From positions 103,664,001 through 103,728,000 of the forward strand of contig NC_043000.1 of assembly GCF_006345805.1 (NCBI RefSeq): 64,000 nt of DNA, given 5' to 3'. The notes under the pieces are model-generated. The model was not told where the DNA came from, made no database searches, and saw nothing but the letters and a program-made list of their open reading frames with translations. Both the position numbers and the translations under genes were made by a program. The stretch's first letter is position 1. Each line of letters starts with the position of its first letter. This stretch comes from Octopus sinensis. Its lineage: Eukaryota. Shown piece after piece: positions 35,232 to 48,243 of this stretch.

Positions 35232-37587
35232 TATAGTAATCACTCGCCATATTGCGGTTCATCTATCGCACCCTCAGTACATCGCGGATTTTTCAGGCTA
35301 ATACATGTAAATTTATATCGCAGACTCCTCAGTATATTGCGGGTTTCTGCAGCCAATAGGTATTTATTATTTTTTTTTTTTAGATTTCAATTATTTTTGT
35401 GGTAAAATAATCATTTTCACGCCTAAAAATTAATAAATTAATAAATGAAAAGACAGTAAAGTACTTCACTGTATAACACATTAATTAAAATATATTAAAA
35501 GAAAATATGTAGTGTACCGTAGATGACTAAACAAAGAGTCGCACATACTGTATGGAAAACGTAACTCGGGAGGTGAGTGTGTAGTGATGTTTTGCATTTG
35601 TGTGAAAAATTGTGAATTTATTTAAAGCCATACGATGTGATCCAAACGTTCTGCACCTTCTAAGGCTTCTCGCAGTGAACCCAAGCGCCAGTGGAAGATG
35701 CTTACTATAGCAGAGAAGGTGAGTCTCCTCGACATGCTTAAGGAAGGGAGAAGGTATGCAGATGAAGGCGCCATTACGGCATCAATGAATCTACCGTTCG
35801 CTACATCAAGAAGGATGAACAATATATAAGGGCAGCGGCAAAAGTGACATTTAACGAGACAGCAAAAAGGGTGGTAACTCTCCGCAATAAGGCCATCATA
35901 AGGACGGAGTCTGCATTAACCCTTTGGATCAGTGACTGCAGGAAGAACATTGCATTGGATACTAATACCATCTGTGAGAAGGTCAACCGAATTTAAATTC
36001 AGCAAGGACTGGTTTGATAAATTTCAAAGGAGATTCAACCTTAAGAGTGTTTCCCTGCATGGAGAAGCTGCCTCTGCTGAGAAACCCGCCGCTAAAGAGT
36101 ACGCGAACGACACGTTCATGACTATCGTCAAAGAAGTAGGATATTCGCGTGAACAAGTTTTCAATATGAATGAGACTGATCTCTTTTGGATGCCATCGTA
36201 GACTTTCACTATGAAGGAGGAGACCAGAGCCCCTGAAATAAGGCGTACAAAGATCGAGTCATAATTATAATGTGTGGAAATGCTGCGGGCTTTATTATTA
36301 AGCGAGGGTTTATTTATAAGTCCAAAAAGTCAAGGGCCCTCAAAAACAAAAATAAGAATCTGCTACCAGTGCATTGGATGCACAACTGGAAGGCATGGAT
36401 AACGAAACCACTGACATCGGATTGGTTTCACCAGTGTTTCATCCCCAAAGTCAAGGTTCATCGCGCCGAAAAAGGACTGGAATTCAAAGTGCTTCTCTTA
36501 ATGGACAATGTTGGAGGTCATGCGCTCGACCTGTCGTATGAGGGCGTACAAATCGAATTCTTACCGCCGAATACCACATCGCTGATCCAGCCCATGGATC
36601 AAGACGTTATTCGTACTTTAAAGGAGCTCTGTACGCGAAACTCCTTGCAACACCTGGTCGAGGTTATGGACTCGGATGACAACTTCTCGCTGAAGGCGTA
36701 CTGGCGTGGATACACCAATGCAACGTGTTTCCAAAATATTCAGAAGGCTATAAAGGAGATGAAGAACGGAACTTTGAATGCCAGCTGGAAGAAATTATGG
36801 CCAGGTTATAAAGGATTTTCTCCTGACGAAATCTACCACTCTGATGTATATAAGGCAGTGAAGCTGACAAAATTGCTAGGAGATGGCTTCACCGACTACC
36901 TGGGACGTTAATTATCTGTTCAAAGCCCACTCAGATCCGTTAACGGATGAAGATCTGACAGAGATGGCGAAGTCAACAAGTGAGAAAGAAGAACAAGAGA
37001 ATTCAGGGGAAGAAGGAGTTGGCCTATCACTAGAATGCCCCTCAACTCTAGACAACTCCAAAGTTGTAATCCTTACTGTCGAATTGTTATAACGCTCACT
37101 TCAATATAGCAGTATAGTTTTTAGACCAGAGAATGACGGAAGATTGGAAATCCCAGATGATGCAAGCGTTGCAATTCAGAAATGCAATCAACGGAGCCAT
37201 GGAAGTTTATATAAAACTCTTTGCACAGAAGAAAAGGCAGCACCAGTAACTGCCCATCACTATGTTCCTCACCCACAAAAAAAAAAGACACAGGTACTTT
37301 TAAGGGCGTGCAGAAAGTTTATAAAAGCTTAAATTGCAGGGGTAAAGAATACACACACTACCCGTTTTCGGCGTAACAAAAGCCCTAACCCTAAACCCTA
37401 AACACCGGGTGTGCATATTCTTTACTTTTGCTGCTTAAATATAAAAGAATAATAAAATAAATATATACAAATTATAAAAATAACTTTAAAAAACCTACAA
37501 CACAGTATTGTTTCTACTTTGCGAATTTTCACCAACCGCGAGGGTTTTCTGGAACTTAACACCCACGATAAGCAAGGAATTATTGTA
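35232..37587 (+). mobile_element. Tigger (pogo-family) DNA transposon, full length, disrupted transposase
   Basis: Ends TATAGTAATCACTCGCCATATTGCGG and CACGATAAGCAAGGAATTATTGTA. Transposase remnants KRSAPSKASRSEPKRQWKMLTIAEKV, FSKDWFDKFQRRF, VFNMNETDLFW, LLLMDNVGGH and FLPPNTTSLIQPMDQ. Confidence 0.93.
37335..37432. mobile_element. ~98 bp MITE with an 8 bp TSD and CCCTAA repeats, nested in the Tigger
   Basis: GCTTAAAT on both flanks (37327-37334, 37433-37440), inverted ends GTAAAGAATACACAC / GTGTGCATATTCTTTAC, and a core CCCTAACCCTAAACCCTAA. Confidence 0.8.
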
Positions 37588-39084
37588 GACAGTCAGACAT
37601 GAACCGGAGTTCACACCACTAACCACCTTTGTCTGGAGATTGCCTCTGGGCATCAAATTGTGTAATAGGGTATGAAAGAAGCCTGGGCAAATACATACCA
37701 TAACACTACTCTATTTGATACAGTGGATTCTTTTCAATTTGCCCGGAGATTTATTTTGTAAGTGGAATTACAAACACAACCATCATAACTTTAAATGTGT
37801 GCGTATGTATGGGTGTGATGCCTGTCAATAAAAACAAAAATATAACAGAATTTAGATAAGAATTAATCCTTTTCAGATATACAGTTTGTACTATAAGATA
37901 AAAAAATACATTGTATTTACATAACAATCCTGAGTACAATGCATTCATACATACATACAGACAGACACATTCATACTCACAGAATGTTTCACGACAAGGG
38001 AAAATATTGTGTCAAATGTGTTAATTGTATAACAAAGTATCCCAATTATATTTTAGACCTGCATCCTCGAACTTTGAGTTAATATAGTTCGTTCTTTTGT
38101 CAGAAAAAAAGTCACTATTCATTTTTCGTATTTTCATTCTTTCCTTTTAATATCAATTTCACACATCCGATTTTCTCGTCTACAACAACGTATTTTGTGT
38201 CAAACGTTGCCCTCACCGGGAAAAACATGAAAGTATAAGTGCTTTATGTAAGTGTTATTGTTTCGGATCACTCGAACGTCTGTATAGTCTCTTTTTTTTC
38301 AACCAGAAATGCTTGCACACACTTACACTCAGGTAGTTTGTACACATTCACTATCACCAAGCACCACAACTACCACAATCACTCCCTCGATCTGAGCATT
38401 ATATATATGTATGTGTGTACGTATAAGAGCACGTATCATTTGAAAAGCTTGTCTTGATAGTTCTTTTCATTTAATAGTCTGTGCTGAGCCAACTTTTTCA
38501 TGTAAATATTTGGGATTTTACGTAACACCATCATCGCCAGCAGCGACGGTAACCACAAAATCCGATCCTAACTTCAAATTTTACTATGTGAGATTAATCA
38601 ATACAGCAACCACTAGCAACAACAGAATTACCTGGTTGTCAAAAATTCACCTCAATGATAGAAGAAAAACCCAAACAAGGACAAAGTTTTACATATAAAG
38701 GAGAAAGGTAACATATACAAATTTTGATGTTAAAATATATATAAAGTCCTGGGTGTACTTAAAGTAAATATTATTCCGCAAACGTGACTGCCTTCTACGT
38801 CAGTCAGGTGTTTCGAATGTTACACAGGTACCGTGAGAGACTAGAGCTGCTTTCATTCAATCGCTGATTCAATCAGCTCCCGCCCCTCTCGTCTTTATTC
38901 CCTTTCACCCCACCTTGTCAACCAGTCTTTTTATCTGTACAATTTGCTTTCTATATATTTATATTTTGTATATTCTGTTATACACACACATGTACGTATA
39001 TACAATTGTATGCGTGTGTGGTGCACATATTTATATACATTTATATATATATATACATACATATATATTCATACATACATGCAT

Positions 39085-39122
<38 letters not shown>

Positions 39123-39456
39123 TGTTTGTTTTTTTTATAAATTCCGACTATATATATATATTAGTCTTATGGCTAAGATCAAGGTCTAATATTTACTCTT
39201 AACATTGTATGTGTGTGTGTGTGTGTGTGTGTATTGGGTATGGTAGATAAGTTCAGCAAAAATTTAGATTCAGATGAATATGGTACTTAAGTTGAAGCAC
39301 TAGAATTTAGTACGGTATTATCCATACAATTTCAAATTAAGATGATTAAAATATATATATATATTTCAATGTTTGTATGTGTGTGCATATATAAAAACAT
39401 TGCACACATACATTGCATCTGTATATGTGATTATGTATGCAAATATTTACTATGTA

Positions 39457-39677
39457 AAGGCGGCGAGCTGGCAGAAACGTTAGCACTCTGGGCGAAATGC
39501 TTAAAGGTAATACGTCTGCCGTTACATTCTGAGTTCAAATTCCTCCGAGGTCGACTTTGCCTTTCATCTTTTCAGGGTCGATTAAATAAGTAACAGTTAC
39601 ACACTGGGGTCGATGTGATTGATTTGATCCCTTTGTTTGTCCTCTCTATGTTTAGCCCCCTGTGGGTAATAAAGAAA
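39457..39677 (+). mobile_element. Full-length OR2-type SINE with a 17 bp TSD
   Basis: Head GGCGGCGAGCTGGCAGAAACGTTAGC. CAAATATTTACTATGTA at 39440-39456 and 39678-39694. Confidence 0.92.
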
Positions 39678-41149
39678 CAAATATTTACTATGTATATGCA
39701 TGCGTCAACGCGTTGTGTGTGTGTGTGTGTGTGGTGTGTGTGTGTGTGTATGTGTGTGTGTGTGTGATTCATGAAGAAGTATTGCAAATAGGTCGAGATC
39801 AATAAGTACCCACTCAGACGTTTACTCCCAGCTATCCTCATTCCCTAGTAAACACTACGCCAGTTTGGACGCTCCCTAGGGTACTGATAGCAATACGGGC
39901 GTGGCTATCACGTCTCCTTCTATATGTTTCTCTTTTGGTTCCTAGTAAAATAGGAATCAAAGGGGTCCATTGGTTACAAAATGTTTGAGGAACACTGATA
40001 TAGAGGGTTGAGAAGAACCTAGAAGCAACCATTCACTATTTTAGGAATTACCTCTTACAACAGAAGTTTAACTGAAAAGGTGACCCAGATCGATCGCACA
40101 CGAGACTATATCAAAACGTACAAGTCACCGTGTATGCACTTAAGTACCCACTATAGATTCAATTATTATATTTCTACATATTTCGTAATGAGCAATACTC
40201 GTCAGCGGGTAGGAATTAGTATGTAAGGGAGATCTCGAAAGGAAGAATGACAGGTAAGCATGAACATAACGTTCAAGGTTTTCTTAAATGATTTAGCGAT
40301 GTGAGGTAAAGACAAATGAAATGAAACAGATCTAACCAAGTAACTAAACTAATACAGGTAAATTTTTTACCTTAATACATACATAAGAACTTCGTATGTA
40401 CGCATTAGCTTACGTACATACATACAGACAGACATGCATGCACACACACACATAGACACATGGATGTATGTATGTGAAAAAAATTGAGTCTACATTTTCG
40501 TCAGTGAATATTTTGTTGTTATTCTTAACCTATAAACAGATCTTATAATACTGTATACTTTCGTTAATATACCTGTCTATTGACAAATATGCCAGCGCAT
40601 ATATTTTTCATGAACTCTTAAACGACTAAACATTGTGTGTGTGTCTATCATTCGCACACGGTAGTAGTTGAATAATATTTATCTTCATTCAGATCAACAC
40701 TCCTTTTTCTCAACTATTCCAACGCCCTGTAGCTAATCCAATTCTTGAGCAAATAAATGCAGTTAAGTTCATTGAAAAGGACCAGTACCTTGCTACATTT
40801 TCAGCTATTATGACAGAAAACTGTTGACGCAAAAAATTAATTATAAAGTGTGTTCAAAAATGGGAAATAAACGCATAGATACAACTTTTAAACTGTATGG
40901 TTTCCTTATTTCTGTATCATTTTTGTTTTAGGTGCACTTAAATAAGACAGCTGATTGAGAGGAATCTAAATTAGTAAACCTCATCAAAACTGCTGCATTT
41001 AAAAAAGGTTAATATTTCGTAAAGGACCCGTTCGCGTGTTTTTTTTTTCTAGAAATAGCAGTCAAATCTTTCCTTTTCTAGGGAAAGGTACCGTTTACGC
41101 GTGATTTCAATGTCACATTCATTGAAAGCATGCGAAATAACATAGAAAA

Positions 41150-41310
41150 GAAAAAAAAACGCGAAACAAAACTCAGTTGGTGGGAATCTCCGAGTTTCCA
41201 GGAAAACTCCACAATCTCCACCGGGAAAAAGTGGCTTGCGATGGGTTTGGAGGTCAGTTACGTTGAATGCACTCGAAGAAACCTGTGGAAAAAAATTATT
41301 TCACACTGAG
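41150..41310 (+). promoter_or_regulatory. Candidate promoter / non-coding first exon of the DENND3-like gene
   Basis: Unique CpG-containing stretch with GGGAATCTCC (41182) and TTCCAGGAA (41196), ending in a donor-like GAG|GTACGA at 41310/41311. The first coding exon has an acceptor and only 17 nt of UTR, so an upstream exon is needed. Confidence 0.4.
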
Positions 41311-41504
41311 GTACGAATGGGTCCTATACGAAATATGTAACCCCAATCTGTAATTATGCTTGTGTGTGTGTGTGTGTACACTAATATAGACGTGATTGTT
41401 GCTTCTCAAGTTCCACTGCCCGTCACCTTCGTTGTCATCTACTTTAGCCCCAGACAAACCAAAATCTTGAGTGGATGTGGTAGACGGAAATTGAAAGAAG
41501 CCTG

Positions 41505-41543
<39 letters not shown>

Positions 41544-42699
41544 ACACACACACACACACATATACATATATATATATATTTATATATTTATATATAATAG
41601 TTTAATAGCCCATTGTTGCCAAGCAATTTTTACAGTACAATGTCTTATATAAATTTTTTATTCCATGTTAAATAGGCCTCTTTTTTTATATTTTTTCTCA
41701 AAAAATGAGACAAATCGTGCAATTTTCTGCAAAAAAACTTCGTTGAAGATTTTTTTTGCTTTTCACGTGACTTTATTCATTAAAACTTATTAAAACTTAT
41801 GAAATTCTTACTACTTTGGCCGTCATAATGCTTTGCTTTCGTTTGTTTAATAAAATTCCTCCTCGTAATGGTTTTGCTTTCATTTTGTGATAGACAGAAT
41901 GCTGGCTTCCAAATCCTGTTTTCTCATTAGGTAAAATGGATTAAACTTTAAACCTCGGTCACATTTTTCTGCAACTTTTCTAAAACAAATAAATAACGAA
42001 ATCAAATTCAACATGGAAAATTATTTCAATACACCAAATTTTAAAATTTTGATGTAATTTTAAAATTTCACAATATGCTACAGCAACAGGAGAAAACCTA
42101 AAAAAGCAGAGAGACAGACAGTTATAGGACATCACACACACACACACATACACACATTTACAAATGTACACACAGATAATCATGAGTTTAAAATGGTGTA
42201 TAGCAGACATATGTATGTATGTACATATATATGCATATATTGTATGCATGTGTGTGTGTCTGTGTATGAGTGTTTCTTTGTGATGGACAGCAGAAATGCC
42301 ACCTACCCCCTTTCTTCTTAAAGCTGCACATTCCTCACACCCACCTTTCTTTCCTTTCCTTGGCATTTTAAAAGTTATGTGTATGTGTGCAGTGTGTGTG
42401 TGTGTATGTATGCATGTAGTTATGTATTTACGAAAGTATCTACACAACACTATTCTCCCCTTCCCTGATATCAGTCACACTCACTATGCCACTATATTTC
42501 CCTTGCACTAACACTCTTTGCACCCTTCTCATTTTATCATATAATAGTCCAACCCCCAACCCCCAAGGGGACTCATTATAGATTTTTATTGAAATCCAAT
42601 TAGCCTATAATTGAAGTGGATGTTAGTTTAACATGTATGCAAAGTTTTGTGAAGACTGGTTCACTGGTAAAGGCAGTAAGATGGTAAAAGACAGAAATT

Positions 42700-43410
42700 G
42701 CCATATATGTATATGCACACACACAGACACACATACACATAATATCTACACCCTTGGCTACACCAACACACTCACCTCTCTCTCCTTCTCACACACATGC
42801 ACACACGCATATACATATATGAATGCACATGTACCTCCACACACAAATGCACACATATACATACACATGCATACACTTCCACAATGCTCCCATGCACATA
42901 GACACACACACACATTCCTACATATACACACACATGGCAATTACACATATGCACACACACACAATCCTCCATGCACAACATACACAATGCACTAACACAT
43001 GTAGACATATACACACATGTACATACACTTCCACACACACTCACATGCACAGAGACACATACAACCCCCCCACACACACATACCCACACACACACACATA
43101 CATATATATAGAGTGAGAGAGACAGTGACAGAGAGAGAGACACACATGCAGCCATACACATGTGCACACACATATACACATTCCCACTCCATCTACACAC
43201 ACATGCCAACACAGACACAAGCACACAACCACACCCACCCATTCACACAGCCACACCCAGCCATTCTCCACCCTAATCAGACTGCCTCTGACTTATTGAC
43301 CCTTCCATTTATGCACACATGCAAACACACACACACTGTCACACCCACCCATTCATACACCTATTACTATAGCTACTGACCTCCCAAAGAGACATTAACA
43401 CACATGCACA
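42700..43410. repeat. Degenerate CA/CACAT-rich low-complexity tract
   Basis: ~700 bp of interrupted purine-pyrimidine alternation, which generates many His/Thr and Cys/Val ORFs. Confidence 0.85.
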
Positions 43411-45639
43411 CAGATCCTCATCTTTCCTTTTCCTATGTTTCTGACGAAGAGCTCCGCCTGAAACATTAAACCCTACTTCTTTCCTGAGCGTCCAATAATA
43501 CTATACTTGTTCCACATCCTCGCATTGTTGTGTTTTTTCTTTGTGTTTTCATGTTTGGACTAGCTATATATATATATCGTGTGTGTGTGTGTGTGCTTGT
43601 TTTGACATTAGGTGATATTTGTAAATAAGTATCACTATCATACAAACACTGTTGGCTCTGAAAAACATGTCTGGCCATGGGAAATATTATCTTGCTTGGA
43701 AATAGGTGAAGAATGGCAACAGGATGGGTATCCGGCAGAAGAAAACCTTCCTCAACAAATTCTGCCTGACCCATGCAAGCATGGAAAAGTGAACTTAGAC
43801 AATGATGATGATAATACATGCACACGCATGCACACATGCACACACATACATAGTAGGATCTGAGCAAAGTGATGATGATCTGTAACAAGCTCTAGGAAGT
43901 AGGTGGGATGGTGCAAAATGGGAAAATGGGGCAAGTTGAGTATTTTCTGTTTTCTTGTTGTTTTCTCACCTGATTGAAACCATTACATTGCAAAGTATTG
44001 CGACATCTTTCGTAATAAAAATTGGTCAGCATAATTTTTGTTATTGAAATTGAGAGTTTGAAACATAGTCAGCTGACAAGTACTTTATTTTTTTCCAGAA
44101 ATTTTTCCTCAACTTAAATCCATTTGTGATTGGGGTTGCTAATAAAATACCTTGATAATTCTTGATGTTTAACAATCGAGATTGTTTTCTCTGTTGGATC
44201 CCATGTCAATTTTTCCCCACATTAATGTCTAATTTGATCATTTTCAATTTTCATAAAAATTATATATAAGGTGGGGTAAAATAATTAATGACAAATTTCA
44301 GTAATTTCTTCTCTTTAACTGCATAATACGTAAATATATCAAGAAGAGAGCCACTCTTGCAAATCATAAAGAAGCTATAGAAAATATTTTTTGTCGAGTT
44401 TTGTTAATTTCATAACATATCCCATTTTTCCAAGATCCTCTTTAATTTGACCTAGATATTTTAAGTTTTTCATATGTTTCTAATCTTTCTGGTGTCTATG
44501 AATAGATATTGTGTTTAGGTCTTCTTTTCCTATGTAATTCTGGAGAATCAAAGTGGCAAATTTACCTTATCTTGTTTTATTCATTTTGTCCCATCTAAAT
44601 TTGTCTTTTGTATGCTGAGAGAAAAGAGATAATTTTCTGAAACACTCTTTAGAATATGTCATAGTGTTTTTAATACGTTTAGAGAAAGCCATTTGCTTAG
44701 CTGATATAGTTTTTGTAAGGTTGTGAACATTTGTAAAAACTACTTTTATTCAAAACCATCACAAAAACACCATTTAAGCCTTCAAACCAAAGCAGTAATT
44801 TAATGTGAATTTGTAAAATTAAAGATTAATTTTATTTTTTTCATTAGATATCGGTGCAGGCATGACTGTGTGGTAAGAAGTTTGCTTCCCAGCCACCTGG
44901 TTCTGGCTTCAGTCCCACTACATGACACTTTGGGCAAGTATCTCCTACTTGCCCAAACTACTTACATGTCTTAGGTTGTGTATCACATTGAATGCAAACT
45001 GTGACAAATTCTATATGAATTCAAGGAACATATATTCTAGATATCATTGATATTAAGTTCACTTAATCATATAACCATAGATCATAATAGGAAACTAATT
45101 TTTCTGCTTCCTGTTTTGGAATATTGTACCAATGACTACACTAAGTCACCAGAGACAGTAGTGTACAGACTACTGTCAACTGGAAGTAAGGGACAATTAT
45201 GATGTCAAGATAAGGAGACACACATAGATACATACATACATACTATGTACTTCTTTTAATTTCATTTTATTCCCTCCATCATCAGCATCATCATCATTTA
45301 ACATCCTCCCCAATAACATACCTCTTCATAAAAAACTGCACATCATGAGACAAAGAGGAAATCTTTATATGATTACTTGACCTGCTAGCAATAGTGCTCT
45401 TGATAATAATGAAGGATATATTGGATAATGTTATCTGAAAAGTTAGGGCAGACATGGAATATATTTAATAATAACTACAAAATGCATGTCTTTCATTTTG
45501 AAAAATTGAAGAATTTTGTCTTTAACAGTGACTCTTTGACTATAATAGATTTTTTTTTTTTTTTTTTGCTTTAATGTTTCAGACAGTCGCACCATAATGC
45601 AATATGTCTTTGCTACAAATAGATATTTGATGTTCCAAA

Positions 45640-45738
45640 ATGGATGAAAGAAAGTTAAAACTAACAAATAGTTTCATTGAAATGATGTTACTAGTTGGTA
45701 TGGATGATACCACTGGTTTGTGTCCATTTAACACTCAG
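45640..45738 (+). CDS. DENND3: DENND3-like, coding exon 1 (MDERKLKLTNSFIEMMLLVGMDDTTGLCPFNTQ)
   Basis: Acceptor AG at 45621-22, AAAATGG start context, CAG|GTATGA donor, phase 0. FIEMMLLVG resembles the uDENN start. Confidence 0.78.
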
Positions 45739-46075
45739 GTATGATTTTATTCACATATAAAAATTTTCTTTTAATCTTTTACTTACCATGTTTCTGTTAA
45801 CAATATCTTTTATCTTTTACTTGCTTCAATAATTTGACTACAGCCTTACTGGGGCTCCATACTGAAAGACTAATTGATCCCAGTACTTACTTTTATTTTT
45901 ATTTTTAAGTTTAGTACTTACTCTATCTTCTGCTAATGTAGGGATGTAAACAAAACATCAGTGGTTAAGTGGTGGTGCAGGAACAAATACAGACACAAGG
46001 ACACACTCATAAACATATGTATATGAGTGCCAGTGCTCTGAGAGAGAAGTTAGGCATAAGAGGAAATTATTGCTG

Positions 46076-46520
46076 TGTATCCAAAAGAGGAGACTGTGCT
46101 GGTTTGGTCATGTGATGCTGGTGGATGCTGACAGCTCTGTAAAGAAGTGCTGATCTCTCAAAGTGGATGAGACACATGGAAGTGGGAGACCTAGGAAGAT
46201 ATAGGATGAAGTACTGAAGAACAACCTCTAGAAGCTGAACTTTTCAGGTGAGATGACAAAGAACTGAGACACCTGGCACCTCGCCATACTCAAGGAGACC
46301 CATACCCCACAGCAGAAGTGTTGGGACCGATTCTTCTGACTGTGAAAAGAACCCTTGGTGATGCCACATAAAAGCGCCTGTGTAATACCACATAAAAATG
46401 CCTGTGTGCAATGCATAAAAGCATCTGTGTAGTGTCATGTAAAAGCATTCAGCACACTCTATGAAGTGGTTGGCATTAGGAAGGACATCTGGCCATAGAA
46501 ACCATGCCAAATCAGACTGG
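46076..46520 (+). mobile_element. RTE LINE 3' remnant (intronic)
   Basis: RRLCWFGHVM...GRPRK followed by the RTE-type 3' UTR. Confidence 0.7.
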
Positions 46521-47184
46521 AATGTGGTGCAGCCACCCCCACCAGCTTGCCAGCTCTAGTCAGACTGTCCAACCCATGCTACCATGGACAACAGATGTTA
46601 AAAATATGAAGTGTGTGTGTGTGTGTGCATGTAAATAGATAGACACACAGACAGACGAACATCCTATCTATCTATCATTATCATCTTCATCATCATCATT
46701 TTTTAATGTCCTTTTTCCATGCTGGACAGTTTGACAAGAACAGGCAAATCAAAAGACTACACCAAGCTCTGTCATTTTTTTTTTGGCATGGTTTCTACAG
46801 ATGGATGCCCTTCCAAATGCCAGCCACTTTACAAAGTGTACTGTGTGCTTTTTATGTAGTATCAGCAGCAGTGAAGTCACCATATAACTTGCAGAATAAG
46901 ATCCCTCAACTGGGGGGGGGGGATAGTGTTGAGGGACAGAAAAGTGTTTTGCATTTGAAAAGATACATAGCTACCTCAGATGGAGAAGAGAGAGAGAGGA
47001 GACAGAGAGAGGGCAGGGGCCATATACCCGAGTCACAGGGTGGTGTAGTAGTGAAATGGACCATGGATTGGAGTAGGTAGGTAAGTGGGTAAATTCACAA
47101 GATTTTGAAAGGAGAGTGGAAGCTAGAGGTGGAGGGGAAGGGATTTGACAGGGACATTTTGTGTGCTGGTAGGTAGACACATGA

Positions 47185-47410
47185 GAAGGCGGCAAGCTAG
47201 CAGAAATGTTAGCACGTGGGGTGAAATGCGTAGCGGTATTTCGTCTGCCACTACATTCTGAGTTCAAATTCCGCTGAGGTCGACTTTGCCTTTCATCCTT
47301 TCGGGGTCGATTAAATAAGTACCAGTTATGCACTGGGGTTGATATCCGTTTGTCTGTCCTTGTTTGTCCCTTCTGTGTTTAGCCCCTTGTGGGTAGTAAA
47401 GAAATAGGTA
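47185..47410 (+). mobile_element. OR2-type SINE (intronic)
   Basis: GGCGGCAAGCTAGCAGAAATGTTAGC head and a complete OR2 body. Confidence 0.87.
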
Positions 47411-47948
47411 GACACATAAGGGAGAATAGGGGGTGGGTTGGGTGTTGAAAAACATCGGTGATGAGCATGGATGGGTTGTGGGAGAAGGAGGAGGTGTCAT
47501 GGACATGAATTTTACTTTGCTGGGAGGGTTTCAGTCCTTCCTCATCTCCTCTGGTGAGTCCCAATATCTGAAGATCGTTTCTCACTACTTCATCCCACAT
47601 CTTGGTTCTTCTTCCATGCCTGCATTCATGGACCAGATTATTCATTGTTCTGTTTAAGGAATTACACCTTGAATCTGGTGCCTTACACCAATTGACGGTT
47701 ATGACAGCTATCTCTTATCTTTTGTCTTTTATTTGTTTCAGTCATTAGATTATGGCCATGCTGGGGCAACACCTTGAAGAATTTTAGTCAAACAAATTGA
47801 CCTCAGTACTTAACTTATTCTTTTTCTTAAAAACCTGGTACTTATTCTATTGGTCACTTTTGCAGAAATGCTGAGTATAGCAAAAACATAAAAGATTTGT
47901 TATTATTCCTGTCTTTAGATTACAATCCTATTAATTTTTCTATTTCAG

Positions 47949-48243
47949 ATTTATCCACAAAAATCTATCACCAGTTTACATAATATGTTCGCTCTGACAT
48001 ACGAACCAAAGCTTCTCAGTTGTTTTTCATCCAATGTTGTTACACATTTTTATCCATGCCTGGTGGAAGAAATTCTCACAGATACTGCAGTATCAGATCC
48101 AAAACTACAACAAATATTCCCCAGAGACTACAGCCAATCAAATATAGAGACAAGATCTGCAGATAATGAACAAAATTCTGAAAATGCCAGTCAAAGTAGT
48201 TTGCTTGCTGATATTGAAAACATTGCTCACTTTTGCTTCCCAG
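47949..48243 (+). CDS. DENND3: DENND3-like, coding exon 2
   Basis: TTTCAG| and |GTAAGT. IYPQKS...YEPKLLSCF...ENIAHFCFP contains the uDENN FCFP motif. Ends in phase 1. Confidence 0.9.

Noticed and set aside
42633-43379. Stack of overlapping His/Thr- and Cys/Val-rich ORFs
   Set aside because: Products of degenerate (CA)n sequence.
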